Of a stretch of 64,000 bases of DNA, positions 10,645 to 22,416 are shown piece by piece (positions within the stretch are counted from its first letter, which is position 1; each line of letters opens with the position of its first letter). The position numbers were made by a program, and so were the translations under genes. Source of the DNA: Escherichia coli (GTDB lineage: Bacteria > Pseudomonadota > Gammaproteobacteria > Enterobacterales > Enterobacteriaceae); assembly GCF_044324875.1 (NCBI RefSeq), contig NZ_CP172185.1. One strand, 5' to 3'. Under the pieces are notes generated by a model that made no database searches, had not been told where the DNA came from, and saw only the letters and a program-made list of their open reading frames with translations.

Positions 10645-13600
10645 TTAGTCAAACGGCGGTGGGGCCAGCACTTCACGATTACCGTTGTGCCCCTGTTCGC
10701 TGACAATCCCCTGCGCTTCCATCTGTTCGATAATACGCGCTGCACGGTTATAACCAATGCGGAACTGACGCTGTACGCCAGAAATTGATGCTTTGCGTTT
10801 TTCAGTGACAAACTGCACCGCCTGATCGAACAACGGATCCAGTTCTTCAGCGCCATCGAAACCGCCCGCGCCACCTTCGCTTTCACTGTCGGAGGTGATG
10901 CCATCAACATACTGTGGGCGACCACGCGCTTTCCAGTCCTGCACCACGGCATGAACTTCCTGATCGCGAACAAAAGCACCATGAACACGTACCGGCAACG
11001 TGGAGTTCGGCCCAGAGTAAAGCATATCCCCCATACCCAGCAGTGATTCCGCGCCAGCCTGATCAAGAATGGTACGTGAGTCAATCTTACTGGATACGGT
11101 AAAGGCGATACGGGTCGGAATATTCGCTTTAATCAGACCAGTAATAACATCAACCGATGGACGCTGCGTTGCCAGTACGAGGTGGATACCCGCGGCACGG
11201 GCTTTTTGCGCAAGACGTGCTATAAGCTCTTCCACTTTTTTACCTACCGTCATCATCAGGTCGGCAAATTCGTCCACCAACACCACAATGTACGGTTCTT
11301 TTTTCAGCACCGGATGCTGGGCATCCATACTGTCACCCGGCTTCCAGTACGGGTCTGGAATCGGACGCATCATGCGATCGGCTTCAGCAATTTTTTCGTT
11401 ATAACCCGCCAGATTACGCACACCTAGGGCGGACATCAGCTTATAACGACGTTCCATTTCATTTACGCACCAGCGCAAAGCGTTGGCAGCATCTTTCATG
11501 TCGGTAACGACTTCCGTTAACAGATGCGGAATGCCTTCATAAACCGAAAGCTCCAGCATTTTCGGGTCGATCATGATGAAACGCACATCTTCTGGCTGTG
11601 CTTTATAAAGCATGCTCAGGATCATCGCGTTCACCCCGACAGACTTACCGGAACCGGTAGTCCCCGCAACCAACAAGTGCGGCATTTTCGCCAGATCGGC
11701 AACCACCGGCTCACCGGCGATATCTTTACCCAGCACCACGGTTAATGGCGACGGATTATCGCGGAATTTGGCGTTATCCAATACTTCGCGCAGATAAACG
11801 GTTTGTCGTTTTTTATTCGGTAACTCCAGACCTACATAGGGTTTGCCAGGAATAACTTCAACGACACGCACCGCCACCGTCGAAAGTGAACGGGCAAGGT
11901 CCCGTGACAAGTTAGAAATGCGCGCCGCTTTTACGCCCGGTGCCAGGTTAAGTTCAAAGCGAGTGATAACCGGCCCCGGAGAGTAATTGACGACATCGGC
12001 TTTAATACGGAAATCAGCCAGACGCGCTTCCACCAGACGCGCCATTTGTTCAAGCGCAAAGGTATCTACCGGCTCCACTTCGCTCGGCGGAGGTGTCAAC
12101 AAATCCAAAGAAGGCAGCGGCGTCGTCGGTTTATGCAACGGACGGCTGTCGCCATTACGCATCAACAGCGGATGAAGCAGGGTATCCTGCGGCTGTGGCG
12201 CAACTGGCTGTTGTGGCTGCTGATACTGCTGCTGCGGTGCAACCGGTTGTTGCGGCTGCTGTACAGGTTCAACAATTGGCGTAAACAACGGTTCGTGTGG
12301 ACCATCATCCAGCAACGCTTTCATTGGCGAAAATTCAAAATCATCCAGCGAGAACGGATTCGCCCCAGCCGGTTGTTCGCCGGAATAACGTTGTTGTTGA
12401 GTTTGCGCAAACTGACGAGCCAGTTCAGCCTCTGCCGCAGCATCTGCATCTTCTGCGTTTACGGGCACATCATGTTGATACTGTTCGCCATAGCGTTGCT
12501 GCTGTGTCTGGGCGAACTGACGTGCCAGTTCATCCTGCTGCATCGCATCGATTTCATCATCGTTGTACTGATCGCCAGAATCGTACTGATTGCGCTGGGC
12601 TTCACGGGCTTTTTCTTCTGCCGCACGCTGTGAGGGCAGCTTAATACCGTAAGACGCCAATTCACGACGAGTTGGCACGCGGATACGTTTCGGTCGTGGC
12701 AACTGCGGGCCAATCCCCTCTTTGACCTGCGGACGCGGTCCACCGCTATTTGCCAGACTGAAGACTGGCGCGGCAACGGTTGCGGCAGCCCCCGTCGCCA
12801 GTGTCGCTTTTTTCACGCCAGATGCCAGCGGAGAAACAGCGGCAGCGGCTTCTACTGGAGGTACTGCTGCAACAGAAGGTGCTTTCAGCGAAGATTTGAT
12901 CGGTTCTGGTTCTTTAACCGGTTCAGGAATCGGTTGATACCAGGCCGCAAGTTGTTCACGTTCACGGGCACGCTTCTCTTCCACTTCTTCAAAATAGTAA
13001 AGCGGCGGACGCGCGGGTTTTGTCTCTTCTACAACGGGCTCAGGCTCCACAACAGGGTGCTGTTCAACGGGTTGCGGCTGTTGGTACAACGGCTCCTGAG
13101 CGGCTGGCTGCTGATAAGTTTGCTCAGTCTGGTATGTAGACTGTGGAGCAAAAGTGGATTGCTGCTCTTCGGCTTGCCAGGCGTTACCTGCCGCCGTTTG
13201 TTCTGGCGCAGGGGCGTAATACGGCTGTTGCGCAGACTGTTCCGCCGCAGTTGCATAATACGGCTGCTGAACAGGTTGTTCCGCCGCAGGAGCGTAGTAA
13301 GGTTGTTGCACAGGTTGTTCCGCTGCTGGCGCATAATACGGCTGCTGTGGCTGTACAGGTTGTTGCAGCGGCTCATTATATTGCACTGCAGGCTGCGCAT
13401 ATTGTGGCTGCTGTGGGTAACCTTCCTGTGCAGGAGCAATAACCGGCTCTCCCGTTTGTGGCCCCGGTACAGGCTGCCAGGCTACTGTAGGTTGTGCAGG
13501 TGGAACATCAACAGAGGCAACAGGCGGCGTCTGAGTCACAGGTTCAACCGGCGCAGCCCAGCTTTGTGTCGCCGTGGTAGCAGCAGCTGCTACAGCAACA

Positions 13601-14556
13601 GGTTCGGTAATTGGCGCACCGTTTAATAATGGATCGTATTCGTCATATTCTGGCTGCGTTGCACGATTGCCCGAAAAGAGGACGTCGTCCGGGTCGGCAG
13701 CCACACCGCGTGCAGTGTAGGTAATCTCTTCTTCATCATCCATCCGCTTACCGGAGAACAACGCAGCATCTGTTTGCCGCCCCATCGGATTAATGAATTT
13801 TTCCGCCAACCGTTTACGACGCGCTAACGCGCCGCGAAGAATACGGGCACGGCGTGATTCATGCTGTTTGCCGTGATTTTCATCTTCATACTCTTCGTCA
13901 TCTTCATACTCATCTTCATCGACCCAGGTATCATCGCGACGTGTACGATTACTGGCGAAGGTGAGAATGTTTAAAATCCAGCCGCCGAGTTTTTCAGCAA
14001 TGGTCACCCATGACCAACCGGTGAACAGCGTCAGACCCGCAGCCCAAACGCAGAGCAGCGCAATAGTTCCCCCGCTACTGTGTAGCAGTGGTTGTAGCGT
14101 AGTGCTTAGTAAGCTGCCAATGACGCCACCGGAGGCAAAATACCAGATATCGTCAGCGTTGATTGCCGCCAGACCACAGGAGGTAAGGATGAGCGCCAAA
14201 ACGCCAATGATGCGTAGCGAAACGGCAAAATAATCAATGTATTCGTCGCTGGACTGATGACGCCAGGCAAACCAACAACCGCCGACAATAATGACGGGAA
14301 TGGTGTAAGCCATCACGCCAAAAATAAAGAACAGCGTATCTGCCAGCCACGCACCGGGCATCCCACCTAAATTATGGATAGGTTCATGCCAGGCCGTTTG
14401 CGACCAGCTGGGGTCCGAAGGGTTAAAGCTTAGTAAGGCAGCCATCAACCAGACGGCAAACAGGACAATAAGGATCAGCAACGCCTCCAGAAGGCGGCGG
14501 CCGCTACTTAACTTTGTCAATGTGACTTCTTTGTCTTCAGTGTATTCCTGGCTCAA
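10645..14556 (-). CDS. ftsK: DNA translocase FtsK
   Basis: 1303-aa ORF: N-terminal membrane domain, PQ-rich repetitive linker, C-terminal motor with Walker A (GTTGSGKS) and gamma domain. Confidence 0.95.
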   Translation of the reverse strand: MSQEYTEDKEVTLTKLSSGRRLLEALLILIVLFAVWLMAALLSFNPSDPSWSQTAWHEPIHNLGGMPGAWLADTLFFIFGVMAYTIPVIIVGGCWFAWRHQSSDEYIDYFAVSLRIIGVLALILTSCGLAAINADDIWYFASGGVIGSLLSTTLQPLLHSSGGTIALLCVWAAGLTLFTGWSWVTIAEKLGGWILNILTFASNRTRRDDTWVDEDEYEDDEEYEDENHGKQHESRRARILRGALARRKRLAEKFINPMGRQTDAALFSGKRMDDEEEITYTARGVAADPDDVLFSGNRATQPEYDEYDPLLNGAPITEPVAVAAAATTATQSWAAPVEPVTQTPPVASVDVPPAQPTVAWQPVPGPQTGEPVIAPAQEGYPQQPQYAQPAVQYNEPLQQPVQPQQPYYAPAAEQPVQQPYYAPAAEQPVQQPYYATAAEQSAQQPYYAPAPEQTAAGNAWQAEEQQSTFAPQSTYQTEQTYQQPAAQEPLYQQPQPVEQHPVVEPEPVVEETKPARPPLYYFEEVEEKRAREREQLAAWYQPIPEPVKEPEPIKSSLKAPSVAAVPPVEAAAAVSPLASGVKKATLATGAAATVAAPVFSLANSGGPRPQVKEGIGPQLPRPKRIRVPTRRELASYGIKLPSQRAAEEKAREAQRNQYDSGDQYNDDEIDAMQQDELARQFAQTQQQRYGEQYQHDVPVNAEDADAAAEAELARQFAQTQQQRYSGEQPAGANPFSLDDFEFSPMKALLDDGPHEPLFTPIVEPVQQPQQPVAPQQQYQQPQQPVAPQPQDTLLHPLLMRNGDSRPLHKPTTPLPSLDLLTPPPSEVEPVDTFALEQMARLVEARLADFRIKADVVNYSPGPVITRFELNLAPGVKAARISNLSRDLARSLSTVAVRVVEVIPGKPYVGLELPNKKRQTVYLREVLDNAKFRDNPSPLTVVLGKDIAGEPVVADLAKMPHLLVAGTTGSGKSVGVNAMILSMLYKAQPEDVRFIMIDPKMLELSVYEGIPHLLTEVVTDMKDAANALRWCVNEMERRYKLMSALGVRNLAGYNEKIAEADRMMRPIPDPYWKPGDSMDAQHPVLKKEPYIVVLVDEFADLMMTVGKKVEELIARLAQKARAAGIHLVLATQRPSVDVITGLIKANIPTRIAFTVSSKIDSRTILDQAGAESLLGMGDMLYSGPNSTLPVRVHGAFVRDQEVHAVVQDWKARGRPQYVDGITSDSESEGGAGGFDGAEELDPLFDQAVQFVTEKRKASISGVQRQFRIGYNRAARIIEQMEAQGIVSEQGHNGNREVLAPPPFD

Positions 14557-14690
14557 GAAAGGCTCTCCAGGTTACAGGCTTTTCCTGCCCGATGCTAAAA
14601 CGGACAACAGTACCAGGTTACCCCAGTACTGTTGCTGTATGGATTAACAGGAGTGTAATCAAAATACGCCGATTTTGCACCTGTTCCGTG

Positions 14691-15185
14691 TTAGCGCGTC
14701 TTAATAACCAGACGATTACTCTGCTTGACTTCTTCCATAACAACGTATGTCCGTGTGTCATTGACGCCAGGCAGACGCAGCAGGGTTTCCCCCAGCAACT
14801 TACGGTAAGCTGACATATCCGGCACGCGTGTTTTCAACAGGTAGTCGAAATCACCGGATACTAAATGACACTCCTGAATTTCTTCAAGTTTTTGTACAGC
14901 GGTATTGAATTGTTCAAACACATCCGGTGCGCCACGATTCAGAGTAATCTCAACGAATACCAGAAGTGATGCATCCAGATAATGGGGGTTCAGCAGCGCC
15001 GTATAGCCCTGAATAAACCCTTGTCTTTCCAGCCGACGCACACGCTCAAGGCACGGCGTTGGGGAAAGTCCCACACGTTTAGAAAGCTCGACGTTAGAAA
15101 TACGCCCATCCTTTTGCAACTCATTAAGAATGTTACGATCGATACGGTCGAGATCTTTGCCAGGGCGCTTCTTGCTATCTACCAT
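14691..15185 (-). CDS. lrp: Leucine-responsive regulatory protein
   Basis: 164-aa product starting MVDSKKRPGKDLDRIDRNIL...; the longer track ORF is an upstream extension. Confidence 0.95.
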   Translation of the reverse strand: MVDSKKRPGKDLDRIDRNILNELQKDGRISNVELSKRVGLSPTPCLERVRRLERQGFIQGYTALLNPHYLDASLLVFVEITLNRGAPDVFEQFNTAVQKLEEIQECHLVSGDFDYLLKTRVPDMSAYRKLLGETLLRLPGVNDTRTYVVMEEVKQSNRLVIKTR

Positions 15186-15612
15186 TATTATTGTCTCTCT
15201 GTATTCCTTCCCTACTCCTGTCTGACCCTGAAACATCACTGTTCAGAGTCGCTACCCGTCACGATAGACCGAAATCATGAAGATTCACGGCGCGCAATGC
15301 CTGGGTCTACGGTGAGAAGACCGTTGCCTTGTGGCAGCTATCGACATCACGAATGGCGTCTGTCCACGCCATACGTAGATTTCACTAGCACGGTAAACAT
15401 GGTATTTACATGCATGGTTATGCGCATATAAGAATACTGTTTTTTTTCTTCCTCGAATGTTTTCGCAAAACACCAGGGGATTGTCAAAGCAAAACATCGA
15501 TTTTTAGTACAACATGCCAGATATTCATTAACAGGGGCGTTTATTCATCATTTAATCGGCTTATAAAGCGGGAAATTTAAGTAGCAGAGGTGATAATGAC
15601 GGGAGAATTTGA

Positions 15613-16695
<1,083 letters not shown>

Positions 16696-16817
16696 TTTTA
16701 CAAATCAGTAACAAAAGTAAAGAAGGCGACACCATGCGACTATGGGTCGCCTTTATTTTTTCCTCGTTGTAACATTGCTCTGCAAATAATTCTGATAACT
16801 CACCTGCTAAGCGTGCA

Positions 16818-18584
16818 ATGAATAAATCCCGTCAAAAAGAGTTAACCCGCTGGTTAAAACAGCAAAGCGTCATCTCCCAACGTTGGCTGAATATTTCTCG
16901 TCTGCTGGGCTTTGTGAGCGGCATATTGATCATTGCCCAGGCCTGGTTCATGGCGCGAATTCTGCAACATATGATTATGGAGAATATTCCCCGTGAAGCC
17001 CTGCTGCTTCCCTTTACGTTACTGGTTCTGACCTTTGTACTGCGCGCATGGGTGGTCTGGTTACGCGAACGGGTGGGTTATCACGCCGGGCAGCATATCC
17101 GCTTTGCCATCCGCCGTCAGGTTCTCGACCGTCTGCAACAAGCAGGGCCAGCGTGGATTCAGGGTAAACCGGCGGGGAGCTGGGCGACGCTGGTACTCGA
17201 GCAAATTGACGATATGCATGATTACTATGCACGCTACCTGCCGCAAATGGCGCTGGCAGTGTCGGTGCCGTTGCTGATTGTGGTGGCTATCTTCCCCTCT
17301 AACTGGGCTGCGGCGCTCATTCTGCTGGGCACTGCTCCGTTAATTCCGTTATTTATGGCGCTGGTTGGAATGGGGGCTGCCGATGCTAACCGACGTAACT
17401 TTCTCGCTCTTGCTCGCTTAAGTGGGCATTTTCTCGATCGCCTGCGCGGCATGGAAACATTGCGTATTTTTGGTCGTGGTGAAGCTGAAATTGAAAGTAT
17501 TCGTTCTGCTTCGGAAGATTTCCGCCAACGGACAATGGAAGTGCTACGGCTGGCGTTTTTATCCTCCGGCATTCTCGAATTTTTTACCTCGCTGTCAATT
17601 GCTCTGGTGGCGGTCTACTTTGGTTTTTCCTATCTCGGCGAGCTGGATTTTGGTCACTACGATACTGGCGTGACGCTGGCTGCGGGTTTTCTGGCCCTGA
17701 TCCTTGCGCCGGAGTTTTTCCAGCCATTACGCGATCTCGGTACGTTTTATCATGCTAAAGCCCAGGCTGTTGGCGCAGCTGACAGTCTGAAAACGTTTAT
17801 GGAAACCCCGCTCGCCCATCCGCAACGTGGTGAGGCGGAATTAGCATCACCCGATCCGGTGACCATTGAAGCCGAGGATCTGTTTATTACATCACCAGAA
17901 GGTAAAACGCTGGCTGGACCGCTGAACTTTACTTTGCCAGCAGGCCAACGTGCCGTGTTGGTTGGTCGCAGCGGTTCAGGTAAAAGCTCACTGCTGAACG
18001 CGCTTTCTGGTTTTCTCTCATATCAGGGATCGCTACGAATCAACGGGATAGAATTACGCGATTTATCACCGGAATCATGGCGTAAACATCTCTCCTGGGT
18101 TGGGCAAAACCCACAATTACCGGCAGCAACACTACGGGATAACGTACTACTGGCACGACCTGATGCCAGCGAACACGAGTTACAAACAGCGCTGGATAAC
18201 GCCTGGGTCAGTGAGTTTCTACCGCTCCTGCCACAAGGCGTTGATACGCCTGTTGGCGACCAGGCTGCCCGCCTTTCCGTGGGGCAGGCACAGCGCGTGG
18301 CGGTGGCCCGAGCATTACTAAATCCCTGTTCGCTATTACTGTTGGATGAACCCGCTGCCAGCCTTGATGCTCACAGTGAACAGCGCGTAATGGAGGCGCT
18401 TAATGCCGCCTCTCTGCGCCAGACAACGTTAATGGTCACCCACCAGTTAGAAGATCTTGCTGACTGGGATGTCATTTGGGTAATGCAGGATGGTCAGATT
18501 ATTGAGCAAGGACGTTACGCGGAATTAAGCGTGGCTGGTGGTCCTTTCTCCACATTGCTGGCCCATCGTCAGGAGGAGATTTAA
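16818..18584 (+). CDS. cydD: ABC transporter (glutathione/cysteine exporter) subunit CydD
   Basis: 588 aa with TMD plus NBD (GRSGSGKSS Walker A). Confidence 0.95.
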   Translation: MNKSRQKELTRWLKQQSVISQRWLNISRLLGFVSGILIIAQAWFMARILQHMIMENIPREALLLPFTLLVLTFVLRAWVVWLRERVGYHAGQHIRFAIRRQVLDRLQQAGPAWIQGKPAGSWATLVLEQIDDMHDYYARYLPQMALAVSVPLLIVVAIFPSNWAAALILLGTAPLIPLFMALVGMGAADANRRNFLALARLSGHFLDRLRGMETLRIFGRGEAEIESIRSASEDFRQRTMEVLRLAFLSSGILEFFTSLSIALVAVYFGFSYLGELDFGHYDTGVTLAAGFLALILAPEFFQPLRDLGTFYHAKAQAVGAADSLKTFMETPLAHPQRGEAELASPDPVTIEAEDLFITSPEGKTLAGPLNFTLPAGQRAVLVGRSGSGKSSLLNALSGFLSYQGSLRINGIELRDLSPESWRKHLSWVGQNPQLPAATLRDNVLLARPDASEHELQTALDNAWVSEFLPLLPQGVDTPVGDQAARLSVGQAQRVAVARALLNPCSLLLLDEPAASLDAHSEQRVMEALNAASLRQTTLMVTHQLEDLADWDVIWVMQDGQIIEQGRYAELSVAGGPFSTLLAHRQEEI

Positions 18585-20306
18585 ATGCGCGCTTTGCTAC
18601 CCTATCTGGCACTGTATAAACGTCATAAATGGATGTTAAGTCTTGGTATTGTGCTGGCAATTGTCACACTGCTCGCTAGTATCGGTCTGTTGACACTTTC
18701 CGGCTGGTTCCTCTCCGCCTCAGCGGTAGCGGGGGTTGCCGGACTGTATAGCTTCAACTATATGCTACCCGCTGCGGGCGTGCGTGGCGCAGCAATCACC
18801 CGTACTGCCGGGCGCTATTTTGAACGTCTGGTAAGTCACGACGCGACTTTCCGCGTGTTGCAGCATCTGCGCATTTACACCTTCAGCAAATTGCTGCCCC
18901 TATCCCCTGCCGGACTGGCGCGCTATCGTCAGGGCGAATTGCTCAACCGCGTGGTGGCGGATGTTGATACGCTCGATCATCTTTACCTGCGCGTTATCTC
19001 GCCGCTGGTGGGCGCTTTTGTGGTGATTATGGTGGTGACAATCGGGTTAAGTTTCCTTGATTTCACCCTCGCCTTTACGCTGGGCGGCATTATGTTACTG
19101 ACGCTTTTCCTGATGCCACCACTGTTTTATCGTGCGGGAAAAAGCACCGGGCAAAATCTGACTCATCTACGCGGGCAGTATCGCCAACAACTGACGGCCT
19201 GGCTGCAAGGGCAAGCTGAGCTGACCATTTTTGGTGCCAGCGATCGTTATCGGACGCAATTAGAGAATACAGAAATTCAGTGGCTGGAAGCGCAACGTCG
19301 TCAATCTGAACTCACCGCATTGTCGCAAGCGATAATACTGCTCATTGGCGCGTTAGCGGTGATCCTGATGCTGTGGATGGCGTCTGGCGGCGTTGGCGGC
19401 AATGCTCAACCCGGCGCGTTAATTGCCCTGTTTGTCTTCTGCGCGTTAGCCGCGTTTGAAGCACTGGCACCAGTAACGGGTGCATTTCAGCATCTGGGGC
19501 AAGTCATTGCCTCTGCCGTACGGATCACTGACTTAACGGATCAAAAACCGGAGGTCACCTTCCCTGATACCCAAACTCGTGTTGTCGATCGCGTTTCGCT
19601 GACGTTACGGGATGTTCAGTTCACTTATCCGGAGCAATCCCAACAGGCACTTAAAGGGATTTCTCTTCAGGTAAACGCCGGAGAACATATAGCGATTCTC
19701 GGGCGAACCGGATGCGGCAAATCAACGCTGTTACAACTGCTGACCCGCGCATGGGACCCGCAACAGGGCGAGATTTTGCTTAACGATAGCCCCATAGCCA
19801 GCCTGAATGAAGCGGCTCTAAGACAGACCATCAGCGTTGTTCCTCAGCGAGTGCATCTGTTTAGCGCCACGCTGCGTGATAATCTGTTACTCGCCTCGCC
19901 TGGCAGTAGTGATGAGGCTCTGGCGGAGATCTTACGTCGCGTTGGTCTGGAGAAGCTGCTCGAGGATGCAGGTCTCAACAGTTGGTTAGGTGAAGGCGGA
20001 CGCCAGCTCTCCGGTGGTGAACTACGCCGTCTGGCTATCGCCCGTGCGCTGTTACATAATGCGCCGCTGGTATTGCTGGATGAACCTACAGAAGGCTTAG
20101 ATGCCACAACCGAAAGTCAGATCCTTGAATTGCTTGCAGAAATGATGCATGAGAAAACGGTGTTAATGGTCACCCATCGACTTCGCGGACTCTCTCGTTT
20201 CCAACAGATAATAGTGATGGACAACGGGCAAATTATTGAGCAAGGTACTCACGCAGAACTGCTTGCCAGACAGGGGCGTTATTACCAGTTTAAGCAGGGT
20301 TTGTAA
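18585..20306 (+). CDS. cydC: ABC transporter subunit CydC
   Basis: 573 aa, start abutting the cydD stop; NBD motif GRTGCGKST. Confidence 0.95.
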   Translation: MRALLPYLALYKRHKWMLSLGIVLAIVTLLASIGLLTLSGWFLSASAVAGVAGLYSFNYMLPAAGVRGAAITRTAGRYFERLVSHDATFRVLQHLRIYTFSKLLPLSPAGLARYRQGELLNRVVADVDTLDHLYLRVISPLVGAFVVIMVVTIGLSFLDFTLAFTLGGIMLLTLFLMPPLFYRAGKSTGQNLTHLRGQYRQQLTAWLQGQAELTIFGASDRYRTQLENTEIQWLEAQRRQSELTALSQAIILLIGALAVILMLWMASGGVGGNAQPGALIALFVFCALAAFEALAPVTGAFQHLGQVIASAVRITDLTDQKPEVTFPDTQTRVVDRVSLTLRDVQFTYPEQSQQALKGISLQVNAGEHIAILGRTGCGKSTLLQLLTRAWDPQQGEILLNDSPIASLNEAALRQTISVVPQRVHLFSATLRDNLLLASPGSSDEALAEILRRVGLEKLLEDAGLNSWLGEGGRQLSGGELRRLAIARALLHNAPLVLLDEPTEGLDATTESQILELLAEMMHEKTVLMVTHRLRGLSRFQQIIVMDNGQIIEQGTHAELLARQGRYYQFKQGL

Positions 20307-20347
20307 GCTATTATTGAACGATCCGACTTGCGTGGAGTTTTGCGGTC

Positions 20348-21052
20348 ATGCGCCTGGTTCAGCTTTCTCGCCATTCAATAGCCTTCCCTTCCCCGGAAGG
20401 CGCATTACGTGAGCCTAACGGCCTGCTGGCACTTGGGGGCGATCTTAGCCCTGCGCGCCTGTTAATGGCTTACCAGCGTGGTATTTTTCCGTGGTTTTCT
20501 CCAGGCGACCCCATCCTCTGGTGGTCGCCCGATCCTCGCGCGGTGCTTTGGCCTGAATCACTGCATATCAGCCGTAGTATGAAGCGATTTCATAAACGCT
20601 CGCCCTATCGTGTCACGATGAATTACGCTTTTGGTCAGGTCATTGAAGGCTGTGCCAGCGATCGCGAAGAAGGAACCTGGATCACGCGTGGCGTGGTCGA
20701 AGCCTACCATCGCCTTCACGAACTCGGTCATGCCCACTCCATTGAAGTCTGGCGTGAAGATGAGCTTGTCGGCGGTATGTACGGCGTGGCCCAGGGAACG
20801 CTATTTTGTGGTGAGTCCATGTTCAGCCGGATGGAAAATGCGTCTAAAACGGCGCTTCTGGTATTCTGTGAGGAATTTATTGGTCATGGCGGTAAGCTTA
20901 TCGACTGCCAGGTCCTTAACGATCACACAGCGTCGCTTGGTGCCTGCGAAATTCCCCGCCGGGATTACCTTAATTATCTCAATCAAATGCGCCTCGGACG
21001 ATTGCCGAATAATTTCTGGGTACCACGGTGCTTGTTTTCACCACAAGAATGA
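20348..21052 (+). CDS. aat: Leucyl/phenylalanyl-tRNA--protein transferase
   Basis: 234-aa ORF recognised as Aat. Confidence 0.9.
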
Positions 21053-21333
21053 ATGTTTTCGGCACATTTCTCCCCAGAGTGTTATAATTGCGGTCGCAGA
21101 GTTGGTTACGCTCATTACCCCGCTGCCGATAAGGAATTTTTCGCGTCAGGTAACGCCCATCGTTTATCTCACCGCTCCCTTATACGTTGCGCTTTTGGTG
21201 CGGCTTAGCCGTGTGTTTTCGGAGTAATGTGCCGAACCTGTTTGTTGCGATTTAGCGCGCAAATCTTTACTTATTTACAGAACTTCGGCATTATCTTGCC
21301 GGTTCAAATTACGGTAGTGATACCCCAGAGGAT

Positions 21334-21555
<222 letters not shown>

Positions 21556-21591
21556 TTGTTTTACCGCCTGATGGGCGAAGAGAAAGAACGA

Positions 21592-21622
21592 GTAAAAGGT
21601 CGGTTTAACCGGCCTTTTTATT
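21592..21622 (+). terminator. infA rho-independent terminator
   Basis: GGTCGGTTTAACCGGCC hairpin + T-run. Confidence 0.6.
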
Positions 21623-21808
21623 TTGTGATATGTATGAAGTACTTTGGAAGTATAAGTCCATAACTTGTCTCGATGTAGATATACTGCACAACTTGTTTAC
21701 AGTATGAGCAAACAATAATTATCATTAAAATTCTTCTTGACCGTTTTACTCCAACTCCCTATAGTAGCGCCCCGTTGCCACCCATGAGGTTTGGTAGCAA
21801 AACAATTT

Positions 21809-21896
21809 GGTGAGGTGTCCGAGTGGCTGAAGGAGCACGCCTGGAAAGTGTGTATACGGCAACGTATCGGGGGTTCGAATCCCCCCCTCACCGCCA
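21809..21896 (+). tRNA. serW: tRNA-Ser (anticodon GGA)
   Basis: 88-nt sequence GGTGAGGTGTCCGAGTGGCTGAAGGAGCACGCCTGGAAAG...GGTTCGAATCCCCCCCTCACCGCCA with long variable arm and encoded CCA. Confidence 0.9.
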
Positions 21897-22057
21897 TATT
21901 CAAAGAAGAGCTCGTACGAAAGTGCGAGCTTTTTTTTCGCATATTGCACTCCAGGGGGGATGAGAAGCCCCGACCGGGGTTCGACAACTGGCGCAGCCAG
22001 TTGGACAGACCACGAACACAGTGAGTGGGCTGCCCGCAGGGCGAGCGAAGCGAGTCA

Positions 22058-22112
22058 ATCCCCCCTCACCGCCATATTTAAAGAAAAGCTCGTACGAAAG
22101 TACGAGTTTTTT
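22058..22112 (+). repeat. Direct repeat of the tRNA-Ser 3' end (18 nt) plus its terminator
   Basis: AATCCCCCCTCACCGCCA followed by AAAGAAAAGCTCGTACGAAAGTACGAG+T-run duplicates 21879..21940 with few mismatches. Confidence 0.7.
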
Positions 22113-22416
22113 TCGCATTTTATCTGCCTGTACGGCAGTGAACGGTATAAAAATCGAGTTTTTCTTTCGGTTGGCTTTCTAAGCTGCCTGTACGGCAGTG
22201 AACTCAAATACTACACGTTTAGTCCGTTATTAATAAAGCAAAACCATCTCATTTTCCTGCTACCACCCTTTTTTATCCTTACCTTCCCGCAGCACTAATT
22301 ATCAACAACTTACCATCATCATCAAAAAAAGGGGCTGAACCTCCTCCACCCCATAAACAAAAAGTCCGTAACCTCTTTCGAGATTACGGACTTCACCAAC
22401 CTACCTAACAATTAGA

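Noticed and set aside
12046-13626. Several plus-strand ORFs (195, 115, 230, 99 aa) inside ftsK
   Set aside because: Antisense to the FtsK linker; highly biased R/L/Q composition produced by the repetitive PQ-rich coding strand; no start signals.
20631-21227. 198-aa plus-strand ORF overlapping aat
   Set aside because: Out-of-frame overlap with the well-supported aat gene and extension into the intergenic region; no SD.
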